Part shown: positions 36,570 through 44,902 of the stretch, piece after piece
Layout of the letters: each line of letters opens with the position of its first letter
How positions within the stretch are numbered: position 1 is the first letter of the stretch
IMG/VR virus record: IMGVR_UViG_3300046096_000179
Span: 63,124-127,123 of that record
Length of the DNA: 64,000 nt
From: a virus
Lineage: Duplodnaviria; Heunggongvirae; Uroviricota; Caudoviricetes
Reading direction: 5' to 3' (one strand)
Made by a program: the position numbers and the translations under genes
Notes under the pieces: generated by a model
The model's input: the letters and a program-made list of their open reading frames with translations, nothing else
Told to the model about the DNA's origin: nothing
Database searches by the model: none

Positions 36570-36821
36570 ATGCCAGCAATTGTCAGAAAAGGTGACAAGG
36601 ATACGGATGACGACGCCATGGTCACCGGCTCTCCAAATGTCTTTGTTAACGGTATCGCTGCAACCAGACATGGCGACAAGGATACGGATGACGACCAGAC
36701 CATCACCAAAAAACCATGGAATGTGTTCATCAATGGAATTCCAGTATCCAAGGTTGGAGACAAGGATACGGACGATGACACGAAAATGCAGGGATCACCC
36801 AATGTTTTTGTCAATGATTGA
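36570..36821 (+). CDS. PAAR-repeat protein (T4 gp5.4-like tail-spike tip)
   Basis: Three repeats GDKDTDDD...GSPNVFVNGIAATRHGD, matching the PAAR consensus GSPxVFINGKPAARxGD. Confidence 0.65.
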   Translation: MPAIVRKGDKDTDDDAMVTGSPNVFVNGIAATRHGDKDTDDDQTITKKPWNVFINGIPVSKVGDKDTDDDTKMQGSPNVFVND

Positions 36822-36844
36822 CCTCTCATGGTATAATTCACGCC

Positions 36845-37051
36845 ATGTCAAAAATCATCACCATCACGATTGATCAGAAACAGGTTCACTTCCAAGATGA
36901 TTCCGTCAAGGGTGCTGTTCTATTGGCATCTGAGTTCTTGGTTGCTAACTATGGAACAACCAGCCTGACCATTGACATCATTCGTCGTTGGAAGAAAAAT
37001 CAGTTCTTCTTCCGCACCAACTTCATTTCCTCCGAGTTGACCATCAATTAA
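36845..37051 (+). CDS. hypothetical protein
   Basis: Start MSKIITI chosen inside track ORF 36818..37051. Confidence 0.4.
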   Translation: MSKIITITIDQKQVHFQDDSVKGAVLLASEFLVANYGTTSLTIDIIRRWKKNQFFFRTNFISSELTIN

Positions 37052-37059
37052 AGGCTCAG

Positions 37060-37150
37060 GAAGGCCATTTAAGGCCCCTCTGAGGCTCTGTAAACAAAAA
37101 TGGCTACCGAGGTAGCCATAATCGTTTCTGTAGGCTTGTAGAGCCTTTTA
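37060..37150 (+). repeat. structured intergenic element containing hairpin TGGCTACCGAGGTAGCCA (copy 2 of 3)
   Basis: At a convergent gene junction; shares TGGCTACC(A/G)AGGTAGCCA and ttgtagNgcc motifs with 7591..7685 and 59990..60085. Confidence 0.5.
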
Positions 37151-37459
37151 GAGCATCTTCTCCAACTCACCAATTCGATGGTTGGCTTCCCTCAATTCTT
37201 CCATCAGTTTCAGGTTCTGCTCATGCATGGCTGATAACTGAGTCCTGGTCTTGGTCAACTCATCAGACAACATGACGATCTGACTCATCAGCGTCTCAAT
37301 CTGCTTGACTTGAAACGAACCAGCGGAAGTCTTTTCTTCCACATTGACGTTCCTCATCTTCAGCCATGTCGCCAAGAGGATTGCCAATACGCTGGATACC
37401 CCACTGACTATGGTTGGGGCGTTATTGATTATCTGGTCAAGCGATAGCGTCATTTCCAT
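37148..37459 (-). CDS. membrane-anchored coiled-coil protein (spanin-like or holin-antiholin-like topology)
   Basis: N-terminal TM APTIVSGVSSVLAILLATWL then a long heptad coiled coil. Confidence 0.45.
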   Translation of the reverse strand: MEMTLSLDQIINNAPTIVSGVSSVLAILLATWLKMRNVNVEEKTSAGSFQVKQIETLMSQIVMLSDELTKTRTQLSAMHEQNLKLMEELREANHRIGELEKML

Positions 37460-37847
37460 GTTGTTCTTCTTTTTCTGTTACAAGCAGCAGGTTGATTACA
37501 AAGGCATACATGCAAGATACCCCCAAGACAATAGATACAGCATCGAAAAAATGTCCCTGAGTTCCCATCAATTGATGAGCACCCGACCAGATCCAATAAG
37601 AGCCAGACAACCATGCCATGATGGCTCTGGCCCTCTCACCATCACTCTGGCTGACTGCGCCAATCTGCGCTGCCCCGAATACACCACTAATGATTCCCCA
37701 AAAGTGCCATCCATGTTCTGATAGCATTGTTGCCGGTAGGTATCGTTCCCCTGTCAGAAATATCAGCAGGGATATAATCATCAGGCTGGCCCCACTGATT
37801 ATCTCAGTTGTGCGGGTATCACTTGGAAGTAAATTTTTGTTGATCAT
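37437..37847 (-). CDS. multi-TM membrane protein
   Basis: Three or four hydrophobic helices. Confidence 0.5.
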   Translation of the reverse strand: MINKNLLPSDTRTTEIISGASLMIISLLIFLTGERYLPATMLSEHGWHFWGIISGVFGAAQIGAVSQSDGERARAIMAWLSGSYWIWSGAHQLMGTQGHFFDAVSIVLGVSCMYAFVINLLLVTEKEEQHGNDAIA

Positions 37848-38115
37848 GGTTGAAAAGTCTCGGGCCGGGGAAAATAATCAGAATCACCATCGTCAACGTC
37901 TGGAAAAGTGTCCAGATATAGCCAAGGAAGGTGAAATCTTCGATAAACGATTCCGAATACCATGCAGGCTGTGCTACAATCAGCAATCCAGCAGCAATAA
38001 CGGAAAGAACCAGTCTTAACTTATCGTTTTGTCGTCGTGCAACCTTAAAAGCCTTCATCGAGACAAAGACCGAGATCAACGCCAAGGATATTGGCAAAAA
38101 TTCAAAGTAAGTCAT
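37819..38115 (-). CDS. membrane protein (2-3 TM)
   Basis: Hydrophobic helices; overlaps upstream and downstream genes. Confidence 0.5.
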   Translation of the reverse strand: MTYFEFLPISLALISVFVSMKAFKVARRQNDKLRLVLSVIAAGLLIVAQPAWYSESFIEDFTFLGYIWTLFQTLTMVILIIFPGPRLFNHDQQKFTSK

Positions 38116-38400
38116 CTTTCCGTTTCTTCTTCTTGTTCAGCAACTCACAAACCAACTCTACTACTTATGCTACTTGCATCCCTATTCCTTGCCTTGGGAA
38201 TCATCTATACCATGTCCGGTCTCTATGCCGCCTACGTAATAACCCGTATGTTGACCAATGGTGGTTACAGCATCAGCCGTAACCGTGGCATGTATGCAAT
38301 CGCTTGTTTCCCAATCGTAAATACTCTGCTGGCCGCCCTGCACATGGCAGGGATGCTTCCCCTTGACAAATCCAACTGACCTTTTGCATGGAACCCGAAC

Positions 38401-38856
38401 ATGATCAATGAAAAAACAATCACCCTGTATGAAATTTTCCAGAAAGCAGCAGAATCTAACGATCCGCTTTCTGTCCTGAAAGCGCATTCTGCCAAAGATG
38501 TTCGGATTATGCAGGTATTGGCCTATGCCATGAATCCCAAATGGAAAATGAACCTGCCGGATGGGACTCCACCATACATCCCAACCGAAATGCCTCTGGG
38601 ATTGGCTGAAGTTGAAATTCTGAACTTGGGGTCAAAGATTTATGTCTTGTATGACCCAAAGATGCCCCAGATCAAGAAAGAGGTCATGCTGATTCAATGG
38701 ATGGAGAAGATGGCTCCGCAGGAAGCAGAGATGATGATTCACATCAAGGATAAGACTCTACATACCATCTATCCAGATAAACTCACCGAGGCTGTCTTGG
38801 TGGCCTTTATGGGGTGGCCTATGGAAGACTACCTGAAGCTGAAGCAAGCAGCCTGA
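38401..38856 (+). CDS. hypothetical protein
   Basis: 151 aa. Confidence 0.5.
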   Translation: MINEKTITLYEIFQKAAESNDPLSVLKAHSAKDVRIMQVLAYAMNPKWKMNLPDGTPPYIPTEMPLGLAEVEILNLGSKIYVLYDPKMPQIKKEVMLIQWMEKMAPQEAEMMIHIKDKTLHTIYPDKLTEAVLVAFMGWPMEDYLKLKQAA

Positions 38857-38939
38857 ATCGGATAGAAACAACCGCCTTAAATGGCGGTTTCTTTTTTCCG
38901 GCTACCGTAAATAGTTACCATGTAAATGGAGAAAATACC

Positions 38940-39155
38940 ATGGTAACCAAAAGAAGTAAAAAAGTCAATTCCTACATAATCCAGAGATTGCAGGAGCCAT
39001 CAACCATTCGTGGTCTGATCTTGGTCGCTACTGTTGCTGGTGCCAAACTTAGTCCCGATATGCAGTCGGCCATCTTGGAGATGGGTCTACTGCTAAGTGG
39101 ACTGTTTGCCGTTGCAACACCAGATAAATACAAAGGTCAACTACCTAACAGCTAA
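38940..39155 (+). CDS. small membrane protein; its last codons and stop (..LPNS-stop) lie inside the MITE terminal hairpin
   Basis: RBS ggagaaaatacc ATG; C-terminus encoded by ctacctaacagcTAA. Confidence 0.45.
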   Translation: MVTKRSKKVNSYIIQRLQEPSTIRGLILVATVAGAKLSPDMQSAILEMGLLLSGLFAVATPDKYKGQLPNS

Positions 39156-39371
39156 CGACTATTAGGCTTGCCCGTTCCTCATTCAAACTAAGGCTCTTAT
39201 GTCCTTAGACCTCTCGGTTTTAATCGAATGTTTCTTCAAGGCCATCGGGGGCATTACCCCCGCTTCCGCTATTGCATCGGAATGTTTTTTTGTTTGGTGT
39301 TGAACTTGGTTTTCGTTCAACTTACTATTTAACCCTTTCACAATTCATCCTAACAGCTAAAGACTGTTAGG
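39144..39371 (-). mobile_element. MITE-like deletion derivative (PATE) of the IS200/IS605-family tnpB element, inverted relative to it
   Basis: Both ends carry the 23-nt palindrome cctaacagcta(a/c)(a/c)gact(g/a)ttagg seen at the tnpB element ends; inner flank gaattgtgaaagggttaaatagtaag matches the tnpB 5' flank ggaattgcgaaagggtaaatagtgac; no ORF. Confidence 0.6.
39246..39292 (+). terminator. tandem hairpins (cgggggcattacccccg; ttccg-ctattgcat-cggaa) then T7 run, inside the MITE
   Basis: GC-rich stem-loops followed by ttttttt. Confidence 0.45.
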
Positions 39372-39390
39372 TCTCCTTGCCTAAACATAT

Positions 39391-40164
39391 ATGAACCATA
39401 ATCCGTTTTATCATGGAATCGTCAGAAAGCTGATTGTTGCAGTGGGGTCTATCTTCACCGGGATCAAGATTGAGCGCCGGAACTCACTGGGTGCTGTTGA
39501 GCAGACGATTGATGTCCCTGTATCATACGGTAACCGCGAGAAGTGGCTCCAGAGGCTTCAAGAGGAACCGGAACTGGATAAACGTGTCTTGGTATCCCTC
39601 CCAAGAATCGGGTTTGAGATGACCGGCCTGTCGTATGATCCGGCTCGGAAACTGAACAAGCTGACCCAACTAAGGACATGCGGAGAGACGACCCCCGGAA
39701 ACATTTCTACGGCATTCTCCCCTGTACCATACAACATTGACTTCACGGTTTATGTGATGACCAAGACTCAAGAGGATGGTCTGCAGATTGTTGAACAGAT
39801 TCTGCCATACTTCTCACCCCAGTATGTCATTTCAGTTAATCTGATTCCTGAGATGGGGGTTGTTCAGGATGTTCCATTTACGCTGAATGGTGTTGTGGTG
39901 GATGATTCCTACGAAGGCCCAATGGAAAACCGCCGGGAGATCATCTATACTCTGAACTTCACGGCCAAGACCGAATTCTTGGGGCCGATCAATACCGGCA
40001 GCAATGGTGTGATTATGCACACCCGAGTCAAGATTGATCCGATGTATGGTGAGATTGCTCGTCAGGTAAATACCGATGCGACCGGAACGCCTGAGAATCA
40101 TGTCATCGTGGATGACTTCTTTGACATTGCCAGACCGATAGTGAATCCACCTCCGGTCTTCTGA
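39391..40164 (+). CDS. hypothetical protein
   Basis: 257 aa; convergent with the MTase. Confidence 0.55.
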   Translation: MNHNPFYHGIVRKLIVAVGSIFTGIKIERRNSLGAVEQTIDVPVSYGNREKWLQRLQEEPELDKRVLVSLPRIGFEMTGLSYDPARKLNKLTQLRTCGETTPGNISTAFSPVPYNIDFTVYVMTKTQEDGLQIVEQILPYFSPQYVISVNLIPEMGVVQDVPFTLNGVVVDDSYEGPMENRREIIYTLNFTAKTEFLGPINTGSNGVIMHTRVKIDPMYGEIARQVNTDATGTPENHVIVDDFFDIARPIVNPPPVF

Positions 40165-40171
40165 AACTAAT

Positions 40172-40200
40172 AATGGACTCCAAGGAGTCCATTATTTTTT
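40172..40200 (+). terminator. rho-independent terminator (aatggactcc/ggagtccatt hairpin then T6)
   Basis: Perfect 10-bp inverted repeat plus tttttt, between convergent genes. Confidence 0.6.
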
Positions 40201-41104
40201 AGGAAAACAGTCCGTCTGGTTCCCGCCTCAAGATTTCATCCGAGTAGGTCACATTGGTTCCGATCCCGTATCGTCCCAATAGAACATCCTCAATCTCCAG
40301 CAGAGTGATGCTACGAACTCCGGCAGTCATGGATGCCAGTCTCCTGATTCCCGGATAGTTGGCAATCAGAGCATCCTTGGTATCCTGCGTTGCTCTGGTC
40401 ATTATGGTTGATGATGGGGTAAATGCATCAACTAGTTTCCCAGCAGATGCCCCTACCCTCCGAATGAACATGGGAACATCTCCGCGATCAAACAGGGTCA
40501 GGTTCTTTGGCAGAGTTGGTCTGGTTCCGGGAACCCAAACCTGAGCCACGCATGGGACATCGTAGGGAATTCCATTAAAATTGAATGAATTTTGATTCAA
40601 TTCATACTGATGCTTCAGAAAATATCCCGGAGCCAGAGTCTCCCAAAACCGAGGCTTCATGAATGTCTTGGGGTGGATCATACAGATGCCAACTGGATTC
40701 TGCCGGACGCAATGATCAAAGAATCTGACTGCCAGTGATGAATTCTTACCAAATGGCGGGTTCCCCACAAACAGTGTCCCTTTGGGAAATGATTTGTAAA
40801 GGAAGTCTGCCTGAGTTACTGATGGATGTTCAGGAGCAACATCCAAGAATTCTGCTGAATTCCATCGCCGTTGAATAGGCGTAACAAATGCGCCGCCGCC
40901 AGCAGATGGCTCAACCACACGAACATCTTTTTCAGGGAAGAATTCTGAGATTTTCTGACAGAATTCTTCAGCAACATCCAAGTTGCTATAGAACTTATCA
41001 AGGCTTCTTGCGGTAGGCTGCAAGGTTGACTTTCTTGTTTTCCATGATGGACTTGACCGTTCCAGAATCCAGAACAGTAGCCAGAAACTTGTTCTTGGAA
41101 ACAT
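40199..41104 (-). CDS. N6-adenine DNA methyltransferase (gamma-class), paralogue 1; N-terminus disrupted or overlapping
   Basis: Motif I VVEPSAGGGAF, motif IV VGNPPFG; the homologous start (MENKKV, cf. MPKQKIKNK of paralogue 2) is in a different frame that terminates at 40998. Confidence 0.6.
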   Translation of the reverse strand: MFPRTSFWLLFWILERSSPSWKTRKSTLQPTARSLDKFYSNLDVAEEFCQKISEFFPEKDVRVVEPSAGGGAFVTPIQRRWNSAEFLDVAPEHPSVTQADFLYKSFPKGTLFVGNPPFGKNSSLAVRFFDHCVRQNPVGICMIHPKTFMKPRFWETLAPGYFLKHQYELNQNSFNFNGIPYDVPCVAQVWVPGTRPTLPKNLTLFDRGDVPMFIRRVGASAGKLVDAFTPSSTIMTRATQDTKDALIANYPGIRRLASMTAGVRSITLLEIEDVLLGRYGIGTNVTYSDEILRREPDGLFS

Positions 41105-41420
41105 GGTTCAGGAACACAAACATGTCCACGGTAAACATGGTCTGACCTGTCTTGGCGCGACCAAATCCCAACTCGTAGGATTTTGCCAAGTCAAATGTCT
41201 TGGTGGAGGAATAGACAAAGCCGTACTTGACCTCGTTGCTGTTCTTCAGATGGTCGGGGTGACTTCCCGACTGGGTATAAACCGGAATCAGCTTCAGGTA
41301 CTTGGCAATCAGATGGGGTGCCATCAGGCCCAGAATCTGGCCTTTCCTGACGCCAGCATAGTAGAAAATCCCAGTGGAATCTTCCGCATCCAGTTCAAAC
41401 TCGATTTCGTTACTCAGCAT
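40998..41420 (-). CDS. hypothetical protein; its 3' end overlaps the MTase start region in another frame
   Basis: 140-aa ORF. Confidence 0.4.
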   Translation of the reverse strand: MLSNEIEFELDAEDSTGIFYYAGVRKGQILGLMAPHLIAKYLKLIPVYTQSGSHPDHLKNSNEVKYGFVYSSTKTFDLAKSYELGFGRAKTGQTMFTVDMFVFLNHVSKNKFLATVLDSGTVKSIMENKKVNLAAYRKKP

Positions 41421-41453
41421 GCAATGCTCCTTTGTTTAGGTTATGATACTGTA

Positions 41454-42350
41454 TCAGAATTCTTCAATCTTGTCAAGAGCCATATCGCAACGATTCTTGA
41501 CCAGATACTGATAAAGAGCCATGCGACTTCCCTGAATCGGTTGGTTATACATCTCAACCACCTCACGCCGAATCTTGGGAGGAATGGCATCAAAGGAAAT
41601 CAGGCGCATATTCAGCAGCATACGCTTCTTGATCTGCTCATCGTCTGTTGCATCCAGCATATTCTTGGATTCGAGAAATGGTTTCATCTTGGCTTCGGTA
41701 GCGGGTTTCTGGCGGGTCTTGGTGACAAAGGAATCTTCGGGACTGAATACATTGGGAACCGAATCGCCAGCATCCCCACAGAGAATCATCCTCCGCAGAA
41801 ATTCCTTGGCAGTTCCCTCCCTCTGGATATACTGATTGGTGTATGGACTGAACATTCTGACATGATTATACTTCAGAAGTTGCTGAATGTCCTTGTCCTT
41901 GTTGACCAGCAGCACCGGTTCATATCCTTCCTCCAAACCATCCATGATGGGGGTCTTGTTGACGACATCCTCAACCAAGATGGCAATGACATCATCAGCT
42001 TCTGCCTTGTCATGGCGAATGAACCTGTAGGGCATCACAGCACTCAATTCATCAATCAGGGTCTCCACACATGGCTTGATCAGTTCCCATGGCATGTCGT
42101 CCTTTTTACGGGCTTCCTTGCGGGATGATTTGTAGTGAGGGAATATGTCATATCGCCAGTAGTGGTTTCCATCACAGGCAACCACCATATTTCCGGATTG
42201 TTCCCGGAACTTCTTTTTGTATGATCTGAGCATCGAAAGAACACCGTTTCGGATGATATGCATGATTTCATCCTCAGAGCCTTTCTTGATGTCATCTTTC
42301 ATTGCATAGACAACAGCATAAGCCAGTTGTGATAGGTCGGCAATCAGCAT
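41454..42350 (-). CDS. rnh: RNase H / 5'-3' exonuclease (FEN family)
   Basis: CDGNHYWRYDIFPHYKSSRKEARKK and YEADDVIAIL match T4 RNase H (recalled); ATG at 42350 (track start is TTG-extended). Confidence 0.85.
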   Translation of the reverse strand: MLIADLSQLAYAVVYAMKDDIKKGSEDEIMHIIRNGVLSMLRSYKKKFREQSGNMVVACDGNHYWRYDIFPHYKSSRKEARKKDDMPWELIKPCVETLIDELSAVMPYRFIRHDKAEADDVIAILVEDVVNKTPIMDGLEEGYEPVLLVNKDKDIQQLLKYNHVRMFSPYTNQYIQREGTAKEFLRRMILCGDAGDSVPNVFSPEDSFVTKTRQKPATEAKMKPFLESKNMLDATDDEQIKKRMLLNMRLISFDAIPPKIRREVVEMYNQPIQGSRMALYQYLVKNRCDMALDKIEEF

Positions 42351-42377
42351 AAAGGAATGACCCTTTCTTTTTAGGAA

Positions 42378-42402
42378 TAAGAAAGGGGCCAATTAAGCCC
42401 CT
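42378..42402 (-). terminator. hairpin aggggc-caattaa-gcccct between the dsbA-like gene and rnh
   Basis: 6-bp GC stem with a T-rich 3' side on the minus strand. Confidence 0.35.
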
Positions 42403-42439
42403 TTCGATGGTGTGGATAAATTCTTATCCCAGTGCAGGA

Positions 42440-42730
42440 TTACTGCTGGGAGGAATCGGAAGGCACCAGCAGAGTCTGCACCAGAGTTTCAAACTCGGAG
42501 TCTGCTCCCAGTTCATCTGTGTAGTTCTGCTTGTGGTAGGTTTTGGCAAACCGATTCAGCAACTTCTTGGGGATGCTGAACTTGTCAGTCAACTCGGAAA
42601 TTGCCTCCTTGATGTATTCCTTTTCGCCTTCCATGCGGGTCATGGATGCGGAAATTTCAACCATGGCATCCATGATGATCTTGCGATCAGCAGGGGAGGA
42701 AGGCATGATAAAGGTCTGAACGACGGTCAT
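42440..42730 (-). CDS. possible dsDNA-binding late-transcription protein DsbA homologue (tentative)
   Basis: LNRFAKTYHKQNYTDELGADSEFETLVQTL resembles T4 DsbA FNRLLALYHKDNRDVFEAETEEVVELYDTV (recalled from memory); gene order relative to rnh differs from T4. Confidence 0.3.
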   Translation of the reverse strand: MTVVQTFIMPSSPADRKIIMDAMVEISASMTRMEGEKEYIKEAISELTDKFSIPKKLLNRFAKTYHKQNYTDELGADSEFETLVQTLLVPSDSSQQ

Positions 42731-42761
42731 GGTAAATTCACTTTCTTTAGTGGTGGTTGGT

Positions 42762-43097
42762 TTAAAAATCTTCAGGTTCGTCAAAGAACGCATCGCATGT
42801 CATCAGGGCAGATTCCAGTGTTGCGTTAAACAGTTCTTCTTTAAAGTCATTGTCCTCAAGGAGCGCATTGACGCAACCGTATTCGCTGGCAATGACTTCT
42901 TCATTGGCATCAACCAAGTCCCATTCCAGAAGTTCCAGATTTCCATCCGCAAAACGGTAGGAAACGGCAACCTGATGCCCAAAAACTTCAACTGTGGCGT
43001 AGTCGGTATCATTCATGGAAATGGCAACCTTACAGGACAAACATGGATGGAACTGAATTGGTTGGGAAAAACTTGGCTGAGTATGCACGGATTCCAT
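42762..43097 (-). CDS. hypothetical acidic protein (C-terminal FFDEPEDF)
   Basis: 111 aa. Confidence 0.5.
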   Translation of the reverse strand: MESVHTQPSFSQPIQFHPCLSCKVAISMNDTDYATVEVFGHQVAVSYRFADGNLELLEWDLVDANEEVIASEYGCVNALLEDNDFKEELFNATLESALMTCDAFFDEPEDF

Positions 43098-43368
43098 TGG
43101 CCGTGATTCGATTTGGAGAATTCATCAAGACCATCTTCTGTTTCGGAACCTGAAAAATCTGGCGGTTGTTGGTGTTGAATGCAATGACATCTGTGCAGTC
43201 CTCATAGAACTGGCGACATTGCATTTCTGAGTGACTTTCGGAGATGCAAAATGCATAGCGATTACCCATGCCATCATCGCAGACATTTCGATTGTCAACT
43301 CGGGTCAGAGTCGGATTCTTTTCCAAGAAGGCCCGAAACAGTTTGCGAGACAAGTTGTTGGAAGTCAT
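43030..43368 (-). CDS. hypothetical protein
   Basis: 112 aa. Confidence 0.45.
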   Translation of the reverse strand: MTSNNLSRKLFRAFLEKNPTLTRVDNRNVCDDGMGNRYAFCISESHSEMQCRQFYEDCTDVIAFNTNNRQIFQVPKQKMVLMNSPNRITANGIRAYSAKFFPTNSVPSMFVL

Positions 43369-43371
43369 AAT

Positions 43372-44181
43372 TTAAACTCCATGTTTAAGAGTGTAGTGTT
43401 TCACAAATTCGCCCTTGGGGAACCAAGAAGCGCCGCCGTTGATTGAACTGCTGGCCGCAGATTTCCAATCAACTGCCAGTATTCTATCATACAACTCAGC
43501 CTCTGGGATATTGGCTTTCAAAAAATATCCACGATTGGTTGGTTGAACATCACCGGGACGTATGATTTTTGTTGGTGCTGCACCAAAGACAAACCAATCC
43601 GACGAAGCCCTATCAACAAAGGAAAAATCTGAGCATATCCATGTCTGTTCTGGCTCTCTGAGATTTGGTCTGTTGGAGCCCTTCTCCCATACCTGAAATA
43701 GACATGGGACATGATAGTCACTTCCATTCAGGGTGAATGAATTTTCCGGCAGATGCATAGAACCAATAAGAGACCAGTCGGTAGGAAATACATTCTGCAT
43801 GGTGAATTTTCGATAAACCATTGGCAGGATGAATGCGATGTATTTGGCACCAATGACATCCATTGAATGCTGAATGAAGGCATTGGTCAGGACATTCCTG
43901 TTGCCGAACGGTGGGTTCCCTATCATGCAGATTGGACCCGAACTCTGAATCTGACTCAACTCCAAGAAATTTGCCTTGGTTATACCAGATGCTTCGGGAG
44001 CAATATCAAATGCCATACAATCGATCTGACTGGAGAAAGAACCAGATCCAGCAGATGGCTCAACAAACAGAACAGGATCTGTGATCAGAGACCTGACAAA
44101 TTGAATACATGCCAGAGATACTTCTGGTTTGGTATAGAACTTGTCGGTTGCTGATTTGTTTTTAATCTTTTGTTTTGGCAT
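43372..44181 (-). CDS. N6-adenine DNA methyltransferase (gamma-class), paralogue 2
   Basis: Motif I FVEPSAGSGSF, motif IV IGNPPFG. Confidence 0.75.
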   Translation of the reverse strand: MPKQKIKNKSATDKFYTKPEVSLACIQFVRSLITDPVLFVEPSAGSGSFSSQIDCMAFDIAPEASGITKANFLELSQIQSSGPICMIGNPPFGNRNVLTNAFIQHSMDVIGAKYIAFILPMVYRKFTMQNVFPTDWSLIGSMHLPENSFTLNGSDYHVPCLFQVWEKGSNRPNLREPEQTWICSDFSFVDRASSDWFVFGAAPTKIIRPGDVQPTNRGYFLKANIPEAELYDRILAVDWKSAASSSINGGASWFPKGEFVKHYTLKHGV

Positions 44182-44391
44182 TCAGAAATAAGGCGTTCCA
44201 TCATCACCAAAATCTTGATGATTCACCACGGGGACAACCGTGGTTTCGGTTCCGATCCAATGAACCAAGTCAAGACAGTAGGTGGTGTTGGTCTCGGAAT
44301 GACGCACCAAGGAGAACTCAACAATTGCTGGGTTGTCCCTGATGTAATCACATACCAATTTCAGGTCGGCGCAATTGAGTTTGATCTGCAT
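44182..44391 (-). CDS. hypothetical protein
   Basis: ATG MQIKLNC chosen; track start is TTG-extended. Confidence 0.45.
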   Translation of the reverse strand: MQIKLNCADLKLVCDYIRDNPAIVEFSLVRHSETNTTYCLDLVHWIGTETTVVPVVNHQDFGDDGTPYF

Positions 44392-44393
44392 TT

Positions 44394-44570
44394 TTACTGG
44401 TTCCAAGTATCTTCTTCGATACCCTCAACGGGCACGATAAAGCATTCAATCAGACCAATGATGTAGGCAATTCCACCAATCATCAGCCACATATAGCTGT
44501 CGGTTGTCTCGGCCACAATACACATCAGCAGAGAGAACATCAACAGAAAGGCGCCAATGAATTGTATCAT
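44394..44570 (-). CDS. small membrane protein (58 aa)
   Basis: MIQFIGAFLLMFSLLMCIVAETTDSYMWLMIGGIAYIIGLI; below the track threshold; approximate. Confidence 0.35.
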   Translation of the reverse strand: MIQFIGAFLLMFSLLMCIVAETTDSYMWLMIGGIAYIIGLIECFIVPVEGIEEDTWNQ

Positions 44571-44574
44571 GGAA

Positions 44575-44889
44575 TCAGACGCCGTTCTTTTTGGGACAAG
44601 GGAACCGATTGTTCAGGGCAGTCAGGACAAATCTGTCGGCAGATTGACTCAGCTTGCTGGGAGCGGCATGCATTGTAGCCAAGGTCAAGTCCATAACCTG
44701 CTTGACGGTTGTTTTGCTGGGGGCGCAGTGGGAAGACCCAATTGCAGCATCAAACACACCAGCAACGTAACCGGCACCCAAGGCTTCATCGGAGATCAGC
44801 CACCCTTGCAGCTTATGACCATCAACAAATTCAGCAGATGCAGAGAATGATGACGCAACGAGAGTCAAGGAAAGGAAAAGTTTTTTCAT
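44575..44889 (-). CDS. signal-peptide-bearing small protein
   Basis: Signal peptide MKKLFLSLTLVASSFSASA; start chosen inside track ORF 44575..45030. Confidence 0.5.
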   Translation of the reverse strand: MKKLFLSLTLVASSFSASAEFVDGHKLQGWLISDEALGAGYVAGVFDAAIGSSHCAPSKTTVKQVMDLTLATMHAAPSKLSQSADRFVLTALNNRFPCPKKNGV

Positions 44890-44902
44890 GGTAGTGGTTC
44901 TT

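Noticed and set aside
41103-42128. 341-aa plus-strand ORF
   Set aside because: It is antisense to rnh, whose homology to T4 RNase H is unambiguous. The ORF has a Leu/Gly/His-rich antisense-type composition and no RBS.
42762-43097. Gene 33 (late transcription co-activator) assignment from size (111 aa) and proximity to the dsbA-like gene and rnh
   Set aside because: There is no sequence evidence, and the local gene order already differs from T4.
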